Shown: piece after piece, positions 11,803 through 45,300 of the stretch
How the letters are laid out: the number at the start of each line of letters is the position of its first letter
Numbering within the stretch: position 1 is the first letter of the stretch
Assembly: GCA_964057225.1 (NCBI GenBank)
Contig: OZ059898.1
Location: forward strand, 5,084,001 to 5,148,000
Direction: 5' to 3'
Origin: Auanema rhodensis
Taxonomy: Eukaryota; Animalia; Nematoda
Length of the DNA: 64,000 nucleotides
Made by a program: the position numbers and the translations under genes
Notes under the pieces: model-generated
Told to the model about the DNA's origin: nothing
The model's input: only the letters and a program-made list of their open reading frames with translations
Databases searched by the model: none

Positions 11803-12978
11803 TTACTTCCCTTTATTTTTTGTCATTTTGCTATCAATCGCATCAGCAATGAGACCTACAAACACTATTCCAGTACCTAACACTTGTCTTTCACTTAGCG
11901 GATGATTCATAAACACAACAGAAATTATAATAGTGAACAGCTTTCTTGTAGTTGTAATAATTGAGCATGTTAAAGGCGAGAATTCACTGATAGTTTTGAA
12001 GATAAAATACTGCAAGATAAAATTAAACATTTTAGACAACCGATTTTGTACCTGTCCACCACAACTGGCCAAAGCCAAAAAGCATAAATCACTAAAAACA
12101 GATGGATGACGTTTGATAAACGATATAAAGCTGAACAGTTCACCGGTAGCAACAAGACTGAAAAAACAATAACTTGATTCATAAAAAAAAAAGTGGCTAA
12201 CCCAATAAGCAAGTAAATTGAGGAAAACAGATTCATGTAATACATCATACTCAAGGCACTTTTACGATAACTACGGTTGATCCTATCTTGAATAGATGTT
12301 GTAGTGCCATCCATAGCAAGTGAAAGAAGCTAAATTTCTTGATTCTATACATTTATAAAACAATATATACCAAAAGAATTTCTCCTAGACCATATCCACT
12401 GCCACTACTAGATTTTTTATCTTTATATAGAAACATGGCTACTCCTACAACAATCATCAACACAAAAAAGTATTTACGAGCATGGTATTTTTTTGCAGCA
12501 AAGAACACTCCAAAAATCATAACAGGAATAGGTTTGCAGGATTTGGCTAGAACCTATAATGAATAAAATACTATTAGCGAAAAATAGAAAAACGATTACC
12601 TGTGTTGGATATGGAAGATACTGTAAAGCTTGATTACTGAAAAGCATAGCAGCTAAATAACTACCTGCACAAATACTATATGTTTTGCTAGGAACATTGT
12701 CTATATCATTGGAAGGTCTGAATATCTTAGCGAAAATTGTGTTAGCAGCGCACATGAAGAATACTAAAGCTAAGGTATAAGTGAACTTTTCACCATTATC
12801 ATATTTTCCTTGAACTCTAAAACAATATAAGTTGGTACACGATATGACAGAATCAAACATACACTCGTTCTTGCTGTATCCCAAAATAAAAATAACATAA
12901 CAGGATTCCTCCAGCACATAGGAAAAAGTGGAATGCTTCGTTTAAGAATGTCCGCTGTTTAACTACTTGCCCTGCCAT
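11803..12978 (-). CDS. hut-1: UDP-galactose/ER nucleotide-sugar transporter (SLC35B1/UGTrel1 family)
   Basis: Spliced product ILLCYFYFGIQQERV|VQGKY..EKFTYTLALVFF, SNQALQYLPYPTQ|VLAKSCKPIPVMIFGV, LSLAMDGTTTSIQDRI, FIFKTISEFSPLTCSIITTTRKLFTIIISV. C-terminal KNKGK fits a KxKxx ER-retrieval signal. TTTAG acceptor 1 nt before the ATG. Confidence 0.93.
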
Positions 12979-13390
12979 TCTAAATATGATTAATTAGTAA
13001 GAAGTATATATTAAACATTCAATCCAATTAGAAAAGCTTAACATTTACAAGCAAACATAAGCATTTCCCAAGCTGAAGTTTTCCACAAGGCAGTATTTTA
13101 TGGACTATGCAAATAGAGAGACGCAGAGAAAAAATAGCAATGGAGCACGTGCAATGCCCATGAGTTGGCCTACTCCGTTAACTATTGCAAACTACGGTAC
13201 CTATATAGAATCGCTGCCATTTACGTAAACTTAAAAACTGAAAATTTAAAACAGTTCTATGTGTTTTAATGTCGAAATGAAGTCTACTTAATTGAAAATT
13301 ATCAGATAAATAAATATATTTTTATTGAACTTATATGTAATACATATAAATATACACTTATATTATATACATATATTATGGTACAACTTT

Positions 13391-14024
13391 CTAAAAATTT
13401 GTTTCGTCATTTGATGATGAATTCCCCGTTGGACACCAAACATCTTTCTGAAATACGACTGGCCCCATAGGTGATTCATGAATTCCACCATATTCTTCAG
13501 GCTTTTTTTTCCAGCTTATCCTGTATATTGATGGAGGATCTATAATCAGAATCTAAAACAAAAAATATTTTTTTAAAAGCAATACTTTCTGGCTCATTGT
13601 CTTCAATAAGAATTGTTTGTTGTGCATTTGATGGAATATTCATATCTTCTGAGCTATTATTTTCATTTTGCTCTAGAATTGATTTCAAATGTTGAATGTA
13701 CTTCATTGCGTGCCGTAACGTATCCACCTTAAATGTGATAAAGTTGTATAAAGAATGTTTTTTGATTACCTTTGAAAGTTTCTTATCGCAGTTTCCAGAT
13801 GGTAGCCTTCCTCTTAAGCTATTAAATCCTTGATTAATGCTGGAAAAAAAGTATAATGACTTAATAAGAGAAGAAAAAAACCTATTCATTCGTTTGCGTT
13901 CTCGTTCATTTGCTGCCTGCCTCTGTTTTCCTGTAACTTTCTGTTTGGGATGTCTTCTGTCATACGCTTGATCGTATACCATTGTTGGATATATATTGAA
14001 GTTTGGAGAAAAATCGAAGTCCAT
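13391..14024 (-). CDS. PTF1a/Fer-like class II bHLH transcription factor, 167 aa, 4 exons (14024-13882, 13839-13770, 13727-13586, 13539-13391)
   Basis: RQAANERERKRMNSINQGFNSLRGRLP..KKLSKVDTLRHAMKYIQHL resembles the PTF1a bHLH (RQAANVRERRRMQSIN..KRLSKVDTLRLAIGYI). Last exon encodes YRISW and DVWCP. Exon lengths sum to 504 nt. Subfamily assignment is by eye. Confidence 0.8.
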
Positions 14025-14827
14025 GATCTAAAAACAGAAGGTAAAATTAAGGAGTGTGATGATGTGGTGAATATGTAAATGAAGAATATTGCGACATAAT
14101 AAAGACACATGTAATGTTGAGTAACATGGCCCAACCCACCAACGTTGAGTACCCATTTAGAGGCTGACCGTTGATAGCCAGATGTGTTTGAGGACTTCTG
14201 GTAATATATGCCTAACGGATTACTACCAGCCCCCTCTATTAATACACAAGCAGATTCGATTACATGTTGGATTTGGCATGTTATGTCTGTAAGAAATTCA
14301 TATTATACAGAAATGCCAAGCGAATGTATCGTGTAAGTGTATCTTTGAAATCTATAGAAAGAGAAAAGAAAAATCGTCTCATCAGTTTTGCAAAGTCAAA
14401 TACAGCGAATGATTTATATTCAAAATAGTATACTGGATTCATTATAATATATGTTTAATTATTTCCAAAGATCATTGAAAGCCATTCTTTCCAATACTAC
14501 TACTTTTTTTGTGTGCCAATAGGATCACCAGAAGAGGACACGTGTGGTACAACTCTTATATCCGGCAGATGATGCAAGCGATACTTGACCGTCTTCAAGA
14601 TGCTCAGACACAAATGCCCTTTGTATTATGAAGAATAGACTATTCAACCTTCTTTCTCCCTCATATAAAAACTATTTGCATGGACAAATCGAAATTTCAT
14701 TAGACACTAGAGTTAACAACAAGATATGCAACAATTAAAACAAGTAACAACATTTCCATCAACAGCATATGGGAAAATAAGAAGATTGTAACATATAACA
14801 AAAAACAACAAGGTAGTTATACTCTTA

Positions 14828-17800
14828 TTATAAAACTTTAACTATAGCTTTAACAACATGAACAGGAGCTTTACCACAAAGCTGAAATATCACGAATTAG
14901 ATATAATCGAAAATATTAAATATACCTGTTGGCAAGCGGAGTTACATTTTTTCAAATCAGTTTTCCATAATGTTTCATTTTCAATTAGTGGTTCCAAAGT
15001 TGTCAAAATAGTTTTGGTAACTACTTCCTTAATCAATTCTACTTTAGTCATCACTAGTAACCTGGAATTCCAAACCTTAACGCTATCATCAGAGCAAGTA
15101 GACACGGTATGGATAACTTTAAGTACAGATGCGAAGAAACGAGGTTTTATATCAGAACTATTGGCTATAGCTGTATTGATATACGATTTACATTTTTTCA
15201 ATAATGTTTTGACTCCAGATTTCTCAAGATTTGTGGATATTTTAACAATAGCGTTGATACACAACAATGTTTCCGTCTAGAATACAGTATTTACATGGAC
15301 AAGTAAATAGGCACACTTACTCTTCTGAAAATTCTATAACTTTCATTAAAGGCAAGTTCTGACAATTTAACTAATTCTGATTCAAAGAAGCTCTGAAAGG
15401 TAAATTCAAATATACGCCTGAGATAATAAATCTTACAGGATATCTGTAGATAGTAGCTGTTGCAAGCTCATTGTTAATAGATCCATCTTCTTGAGTAACA
15501 AAATTGGTGAAAACTTCTGTATATGCTTCCTTAACGTTGTCAAGGACTTTAGAATCTTTTAAAGAACATCCAAACTGAAATAAAATAACGATATACACAT
15601 AATAATATATAAAAATTCACCAAGAAAGCTGCAACAGCACCAATACTCTTCACAAGACCTGGGTTGGAAATGTCAGAAGATGCTTCCACTAATTTGTTGA
15701 GCAATTTAATGACTTGTTTTTCGGAGCAGGTAATTTTTTTAAGTTTAGCAATAATTCCAAGCAATTCAATAGACTTTACGGCCGAAGGTCCTTCATTCGA
15801 TCTCTTGAGTTGAACTTTTACTAAACGCAATAAGGGAACGATAAGATCCAGTTTAATTTTTTCTGGAGTTTCGGCAGATGATACAGTGAATAACAACAAA
15901 TCAACAACTTTGGACCGGAAGGTTTGCATATTAGTAGTTGCTTCTTTCCTAAAGTGTTAATATGTAACACAAGAGAACAAAAAGATATACTTTTTAGTAG
16001 AAGGAACCATAGATTTGAAAGCAGCAGCTAATTTCTCATCCATTGCAAACATTGCTTCGTCATCCATATCCGACAAACTTGCCTTTAATAATAGAACTTA
16101 AACAAAAACAAAGAGGTAATAAACTTCGCTATCATTGTTATCTTGTCCATTGGATAAAGCATCTTGTAATCTGTTAACAAGATTTGGATCAACCTTAGCG
16201 TCTTCAGTATCTGTATCCGAACCATCAGAAATATCTTCAGAATCACTAGGTAAATCTTCTTCCATTTCTGTAATAATTTAGAAATTTAATCACAACAAAA
16301 GAATAGAAGTTACCATCCTCATCTTCCCCATCACTTTCTTCATTCTTTCCGCTCAATTCTTTATCAGATAACATTAACGTTTCAATAATGTGAGATACAT
16401 CATCTTTACTAATTGTTGGTAGCATATGAGCATACACACAATAAGCTACAGCTCTGTGGAATTTCGCAGTCTGTCCCAAGAGAGAAATCAGTAAATCGAC
16501 CAAAACCTGAAACTCATCATCTCACCATATTAAACAGATTTTTAGTTTATACCGTATTGTTAATTTTCTCGGTTGCTTCGGATATTTGAATGACTTCATC
16601 AGCAGTTTGTTTGTAGAATTCTTGTTGGTCACTCTCGACGGTTAATTTACCCCAAAGTTTTAAGCAAAGCCATAAGATAGAAAGGGGTCTAGAAATATAA
16701 ATAGATCAACAGACAAAATTCGGTACAGCGTACTTGCAAAGTGGATGCTTTTTCAAAGTTTTCAAAGTTTTCTTCACTTCATTTCCAGCGAAGGATTCTA
16801 CAAGAGTACGGAGAATTCCTTCACTCTCATTGGTAAAAGTCACAGTAACCGATTCCCCAGGTTTCACCTAAAAATGAAGGTAAAAACAATAAACAGAAGA
16901 CATACCTTGATCTTGAACAAAGAATCTATGCAGTTCGAAATAGTGTAGTAAATGTCATCAGAAGCAGGTCTGCCCACAAGATTATTTAAAGCAGCAAGCT
17001 GCGCTTCATGAGACCATTGTGAGAAGACAGATGTAATTTTCCTGATACCAGCTTCGGTTGTAACAGTCTATAAAAGCCTGAATCATTATGTATAAGAATA
17101 CCTCAAACCTCAATCCATTTCGAAACAGCATCCTTATCCATTTTTGAAATCAGAGGTCCAGTTACTAGTCCCATAGAGAGAACTTCGAAGTTTCCTTAAA
17201 GACAACACTAAACAGTCCAACTTAATTCAATTACCTATTTTATCAAATGTATGTAGCACCTCCAGGATGGCAGCATTATCATTAAGAGCATTAATAAGTT
17301 TCTCCGCAAAAATAGTACAGAATGATGAAATCTAAAACATGTCCATTAAAACAAATGCGAAGAATGGCATTCCATAGTAATCTTAAAGAACGCTTATGAT
17401 TCAACAAAGCAGTTACCCCATACAAGATGTTAGACATATCTTTCAAAACAGGAAATACGACAATATCATTTGACAATCTACTCGAATGCCCATGTTCTCT
17501 CGCGATTCGAGATTACACTTGCTAAGATGTTGTACAAAAGAAAGATAAGAAGTCGGTTTCCCCTCGAAGGCATTCATTTCAGTGTTCGGCGTCTGATTTG
17601 CTAGACAAGCAAAATAATGTTCAAATACCTGATATATTCTACTTTATTTGTTATTATCAGTGCTAAATCTATTAAGAAGGAAAAATTCATCGATACTGCT
17701 CAAATCCTTTTCGACAACCCTAAGATTTGTAAGTTTTCATGTAATTATACCCAAACAGGATTAATTATCTTAAGGTGGAAATCCATTTTCTGACCCCGTG

Positions 17801-19478
17801 TGGATTCCAGTATTAGATTTGTGTAACGAAAAATGCGACCCTATAGCTGAATATTGCGTGGAAAATGAAGAGCTTGTCCAGCAATGCAAAAGTTGTACGT
17901 TGAACAAGCATAAGCATAGATCACTTTTTTTTTCAGTGCCAGAAGAATGCCAAAATTTGATCAGAAAATATAATGACCCAGATATACTTAATAGGTAACT
18001 GCTCACTTAATATATTCAAATATAAATGTTTTCAGAAGTGAATATAAAGCTGACAAAGCGGCTTAAAAGCTTTTTGTGATATATACCTATGAATTATGTA
18101 TGTAAATAGTAAGATAAATACCTTCGTTTTGAGTAAACGCTGTTGAGGACCTTGCTTTCCTAGAATAACGCTAGAGATTTTTGACACCATAACTGGAGAA
18201 AACACAGCCATAATCTAAATCGAAAAAATTTAAAACGCTAAGAAGACTGTAAGTACATCATTGTGAGTTGTAGTATATTCTAACGACATCTCAGCAGTTT
18301 TGAAAATTCTTTCAAGTACTTTTGACTCATCTCCACTCGCGGCCCATTTTTCAATTACACCTTAATAAAAACTATAATGCAGATAAAATAGATTTTACTT
18401 ACGACAGTATATATCGAAAAACTGATTTCCTTCTTTTCCACATTGTAACAACTGTTCCGTAAAAAATTTAACTGAAGATACATCACATTTCTGAAAGTTT
18501 CAACCATCTAAACGTTAAATTTCTTATGATAACCTTTAGAGCTAAGAGCAAATTAGTGTAGTCCGCTAAATCAAATTCAATAGTTCCATCCTTCTTCACG
18601 AATGATAATGAATCAGACAACACAGACTAAATAAAGATGTTAAAAAAACTAAAATCCGGACAAACGAAGCAACTTACTCCGTGCTTTTTCGCAATACTCA
18701 AGACAAGAATTAGAAACTCAGGTAAGGGAGTAGATAATGCCGATTCGACATAATCTTTGATGCGAGGATAAACAGCCTGTAATAAAAACAAAATAAAAAA
18801 GTTCTCATAAAATGATATGCCTTTTTGAACTTCTTAGTTTCCATTTTTGATCCCATATCAGCAATTGTGTAGCAAATAGTAATACCTAAGAATGTAAATT
18901 GTCGGTACAAGTGACATAGTTTTTCGGAAATAGCTGCGTAGTCCTGAGAAAAAAGTTTAAACTGAAGAAACAAATTGTATTTATAACTTCTTCATAAGCC
19001 GATGATCCAATGATAGTAGTGCACAAAAGATATTGACCAATAGCGTTAGCAGCTCCACGTTCCTTAACATACAAAGAATATAAGTTTAAAAATGATTATA
19101 CTCGTACTTTATCATTTAAATCTAGCTTCTTGTCAGCTAATTGGAAAAGTTTCTCTATTGGCCACTTATCATGACATTTATCCAAAATGAGAGTAAGTGC
19201 AGTTGAATACCTAAATTTTACACAATATAGAGGAAAATATGACACTAAACTAACCCAATTCGTGTGGCTGCTCTGGCTGATCCAATTCCGCTAATTAAAC
19301 GATCGATACAATATTCTTCTATTTGATCATTTGAATTCTAAATTCAATACCTTTTTTGAAAACTCAACTTTTATCTTACAGCCTTATCCAAAATTGATGC
19401 TACCGATAAATTTCTTTTTTCGTTATTTAAATCTGATAAACCATAGAATACATCCAAAACATCATTGGTTGGCCTCAT
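14828..19478 (-). CDS. MYBBP1A / Pol5 (DNA polymerase phi)-like nucleolar ARM-repeat protein; multi-exon
   Basis: N-terminus DVLDVFYGLSD..EYCIDRLISGIGSARAATRIGYSTAL resembles MYBBP1A (YALKRLITGLG..AR..YSLAL). Further hallmarks VLVDLLISLLGQ, an acidic tract, DMDDEAMFAMDEKLAAAF and FRSKVVDLL. Last exon 14881-14828 ends in TAA. Confidence 0.85.
17617..18066 (+). CDS. Small secreted cysteine-rich protein (105 aa), nested antisense in MYBBP1A intron 17332-18121; exons 17617-17728, 17775-17891, 17937-17994, 18036-18066
   Basis: Four GT-AG exons sum to 318 nt in frame: MFKYLIYSTLFVIISA (signal-peptide-like) KSIKKEKFIDTAQILFDNPKICGNPFSDPVWIPVLDLCNEKCDPIAEYCVENEELVQQCKMPEECQNLIRKYNDPDILNRSEYKADKAA*; 6 Cys. 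Confidence 0.8.
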
Positions 19479-19840
19479 TTTTCTTTAATTTATATGAATT
19501 AGTTAAAAAACAACAGAGAAATATTATAAAATAAAAATGCAAATTTGTTTCAAATGTTAGAATTTGCAGAGACGCAACTACAGTGAACTTTGAAAACAAA
19601 TTTAACGACATATCACGACTGAGAAAATTGTTTGAAATTTTATATTGGTTGAAGTATCGTAGTGGTAGCTTTCATTTCGATATTTGTCAATTTTAAATGA
19701 AATAAATATATCTTGCATAAATATTATATGATTGTTTATCTGATAAATATTTGATTTATATTTCTTTATTTATAAGAGAATCTAACATAATTATAGTTAC
19801 ACATCTTCGATACATGGTTTTAAATAGATAGAAATCTGAA
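19479..19840. promoter_or_regulatory. Short bidirectional intergenic promoter between MYBBP1A-like (-) and sax-2 (+)
   Basis: About 360 bp between divergent ATGs. Contains AGAGACGCA (19568-19576) followed by ACTACAGT. Confidence 0.55.
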
Positions 19841-40506
<20,666 letters not shown>

Positions 40507-42343
40507 AGCTTTAGCCTTATTTATTTCATGTTTTGCTTTACCAATCTGTTTTTTCTCTTTAATAACAGTCTACTGCATATGATACCTTTTACAGTCACAG
40601 TTAATATTACAGCTGAGCTTACATCTAGTTATATGTCAATAGTTGACGCACAGTATTTTGTTCAGTCTAGTTTTAATAGCGGTCATGTAACCCCGTTTTC
40701 CTTTATAGTTTGCCCTGTTCCTTACTTGTATTGACCGGTATTTTGATTTAAAAAATTGAGATTCATTGTCATTCCTCTCCGCTTAAACTGTGACTGTACT
40801 TAGTTCTCTCCTCTTATATATTGTTGGCTGTCTTTTCGCACATTGTGACAACTACCGTATACATTTGCTAAACTGGTATTGAATAGCCCAGTCTGTTGTT
40901 TTATCCTCTTGTACATATTTGGATTATGCCAAATAGACTGCTAACATTTGTTGAAATAAAAAGTATTATGAATAGTTTACACCGATTTTTGACTACTGAG
41001 TATAAGATTATTATAGTTATGAAATGTGTCCAGCTTTATAAAACTAGCACATTAGTATAGCTGGATATACATGTATTTGTGTATTCGTATTATCGGTTAC
41101 GGTACTGTTATCTGAAGTTTGTTCTATGTTTCATAACATATACTAAACAAATGTTATAAGCAATGAATTTATTCTTTAAACGAATTTTTAATTAAAAAAA
41201 TCACTGGGAATGATGGGATTTTGTACAGAGAATAATAAGAAACAGAATATGAGGAAAAACAGGTACAGATCGAATGAAAGCGATTAGACAGGGGTGATGT
41301 AGGGTCGACGAAGGAAATAGGTATTGTAGAAAAGTTAGAATAAGACACATACACATGCAAGAAACATATGTAGAATAGTCTATCTATTATAGCAACTTTG
41401 ATTTGTGATCTGTCCACAAAATGCTCTCAATGTTCTATAAGGACGAATTTTAAGTTCCTTAGCCATGGGTGATTTACTTGTGTATAAATGGCATATAGAT
41501 ATTGATGGAAAGACAAAGTATAGCCTGAGATGAGGTATGAAAAAATCTTATAGATGAGCAGCATTTTGTGAAAAGATCAGCTTCAAAGCTGAAAAACATA
41601 TACATATAAGGGAAAACATTGTAAAGCTTGGCACAAGTGGCAGAATATACGATGATGAGAGTGAAAGAAATGGAAATGGGACATATAATCAAAGAAATAG
41701 AGGTGGTAAGAATATGAAATAAATATTTATAAGTATCTTCATTATATTTATAGTTAAATATATTATATATTATGTGTATATAATATATATTATATATGAA
41801 TAAAAATGTAAACACTGATTGAGGAGCCCGAAAAAAAATGTCATAGATCAGAGTAAAGGACTAAAATAATATAAGAACGTCAAGACAGTAAAGAGAATTA
41901 AAGAAATGTAATAAATATAACTTACATAATAAGACAAACATCTGAATCAACTAGAGACTAGTATTTTGCAAAGCGAGAGCAATAATATGGATGACCCTTG
42001 AGTGAGAAGTAAAATGTCATTTGTTGTTTTTTAATCTCCAACAACGTTTAGAACGTTTTTAAATGTTATTGATGTTGTAGTTTATACAAAAAGCTGGCAT
42101 TTGACTTATTTTTAAGAAAAAACGAAAAGCGGAACAGCTTGGAGATAAGATGAGGGAACTGAACGTACAAAGTGTGGCAGGTAAGTTGAGGTGACTGAAG
42201 ACGAGAGAAAAAGAACCGATGAGAACATCACGACGGCAACAAGTTGGAGGACAATACTACTGCAGATTATTAGGCTGTAGCCTTTGCTATTTGGAATTCA
42301 TCTGGCTTAGTTAAGCAAGGATTTCCGTGTGTCCAATCGTGTT

Positions 42344-45300
42344 TTATGGCTTGGATAAGAGATCGCAAACATCAAAGCCTCCTTTACGAGGATTGGATGG
42401 GACGAGAGAGACAGGTAACTGAGGTACCATCTGCGGTCGGAATATTGCTTGCCATTGGCTAAACAGATCAGTGGAATACATATCATGCTGGAACAGCGGG
42501 AACGGAAAAAGTGGTGGTCGTCCCATTCCAGCAACTGCAGCAGCTCCTGGAGTTGTCGTCACGACTGCTGGGCTACTTCCGGATGAGGTAGCAGAGCTTG
42601 TCGTTGGCGTTGAAGGCGTAGGTGTAATTGAACTTGTCGTTGTAGAAGAACATGAAGTGGGGCTGATAGTTCCAGATGTTGCCACAACAGCAGAAGCAGC
42701 TGCTAGTAATGGGCTAGATAGTGTAGGGCTGGCAGCAAGAACTGTACTGATACTAGAGTCCTCAGGACGAACTTTTTTGCTGCTGGGCTCTTCTTCGTCT
42801 TGCTCGCTGTCGGTATGGTTTGATGTCCGACTAGCAGCAGGAGAGCATTGCTCAGCTCGTTGCTGCATCAACCGCTTCTTTTCCCGTTTTCCCGCTCCAG
42901 ATTCTCGGAAACCTTTTGCGAAAGGATTGTGATCGATCTTCAATTGAGTGACCTGAAATAAAAAAACATAAAATTGGAAAAAAATTCGATTGTCCCCTTT
43001 ATATGAATATGTTCGATTTCAGAAGGAATTATTGTGTCTGTTATACATGGGAAATGCCCTCAGAAAACATTTAATTGTCTTAGTGGTTGACAGCCAAATT
43101 AGCTGAAAATGCCTTTCGGCATACTTGACCTTATATGGCTATGTTCTCTAGAAGAATTGGAAAAACCTTCAATTTATCGTAGCAGATTGCATCATTCTGC
43201 TAATTGAGAAGGCTTGAAAGTAAAGTGTCAATTCATGGTCAATTCAATCATCAATTACTATGATTTTTGACATTATTCTATATGTAATTTGGTATTATAT
43301 ATATAGTATATGCATTAATGTATATTTATCTATCTGTCATCATATCAGAAGACGAAGACCTCCAGAAGAACAAGACGATTAGGCTTGTAATCAGGTTATA
43401 CATACATTGACTCCTCTTTTTCTCTTTTACAATTCTTTTTCTTTATATGCATATAGATATACATGTATATATCTCTACAATCAATTCTCTCTTTATTAAC
43501 ATTCTCTCAGTTGTCTAAGTTTCTTTTTTTCTCTCATTCTCTCTCTCTCTTTCGCTCCTAGAACATTGGGTCATCTACATTCATTGGAAGTGATGCAGTA
43601 GGTACGGTAACCACAAACTTCGATAACGGGGCTGTTGTGAGAAAGCGAGAGAGAAAGTTGTGAAGGAAGGAATAGAAAATCTGAAGAGAGAGAGAGAAAA
43701 AGAGTCAAAGATAGATGAATATAGAGAACGAGAAATATTGACGATAATGAACAATATTTTCGCACTCATGATCGATTTACTGATTTTTTTTCATAGGTTA
43801 TATATAAAACTTGGAGTATGTATTTCTAAAGATGTAACTAATAAATCTAAATTGATCATATTTACTCATCTTCAGTAACTCTGTTGGGTTTATACTAATT
43901 TCATATAGTTAATAACAAAGGAAATGTATATATTATAGTAATTAAGAAAAGCAAATGTTTGAAAAATGACAGAAGAAATATCTAACCTTCTCGTTTTGGT
44001 ATGCTGTCACTGCAATGAATTCCGTCTCCTTGAAGACAAATGTTCGGAATGTTGAAAAAGGTAATTGTATCAGCTCAGTACATCGGACAACATGAAGACG
44101 TGGCTGGTATTTGTGCATTGAATTAAGAATAGTCTGAAAGCATGAATAATTACTAAGTTGTTCAATGGAAATGTCTTTTTTAAGAAAAATGGAGGAGACA
44201 AATAAGTGTTGGACGTGGTTGTACAGCTAAAATATATGTACATATGTTTGTTATATAGAACTTTCGAATCGTGTGTTGTTATAAGTTTTTGTTTATTTTA
44301 ATTTTTTGATACAAGCAGAGAAAATGAAAAGGTTTAAGCTTAAAGCCGAAAGCTATGAGTCAGCTTATTCACTTTTCATGCTCTTCAGACAACACTCAGT
44401 TCATAGACACTCGTATATACACTCACTCACACACTTGGTTCTTCAGATACTCTTATCGCTTTCGATTCAGCATCAGGTTACGCTGTCTATGTGTCTTTGT
44501 TTCAGCTCAAGATTGAAGTCGATCCCGTCATCATCAAGATACAATGGTTACAAACATTGTCACTACTTGCTTCAGACATACAGCTCACCGTAGTTCGTTT
44601 CTAAGTTGTTTGTATTGGTGAGAGATGTGGCTGGCTTTATTGCCGATTTGGTGCACGTTGCCACGGGCAATCTGTGGCAGTCTCTGACCCCCCTTGTTGT
44701 GCACCCATCAGCAGAGGCCACCCCGAGAATCCATTATATAAAGTCACTGATGTGCTAAAGTTGTCGCAAACACATGGCTTTCTTGTTGGATACGGTAATG
44801 ATGAAGAGAAGTGGAGACGGAATGAAGTCTGAACGCCACAAGAAGAGAGTGTAGAGTATGTGGAGAGAGAGAGGAAGGTCAGGCAGATAGAAATACACAA
44901 CAATGAAAATATATGCAGAAAGAAAAAGCTTATGAGCTGCTTATAAGCGGTATATGAAATGTAAAAAAAGGAAAAGCAAAAAAAGACATTGTGTTATCAA
45001 TACGATTAATCTTATGGATGGAAGAATAAGGTATGGTGTGGATGTAGTATGCAAAGCATTCTTTTAACGACAAAGGAATTGCAAGCTGTTTCTATAAAGG
45101 ATACGACAACGGATTAGTGTATTATGGAGATTATTACGGAAAGTATGTCATATGGCTCTGATGCTCATTGAACTTCTCAGATTCCGGACACTGATAGCAT
45201 CTCTACTTGTGCACCTTCCTTGTACACTGTCACAGTTAAGACAAATGGCATGTCATTGAGGTATTATGCTCGCATATCTTGACCGTATTCTATCCTAATT

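Noticed and set aside
42471-42932. 153-aa plus-strand ORF, and similar antisense ORFs at 4765, 14858, 48705 and 59510
   Set aside because: These are shadows of real coding exons on the opposite strand.
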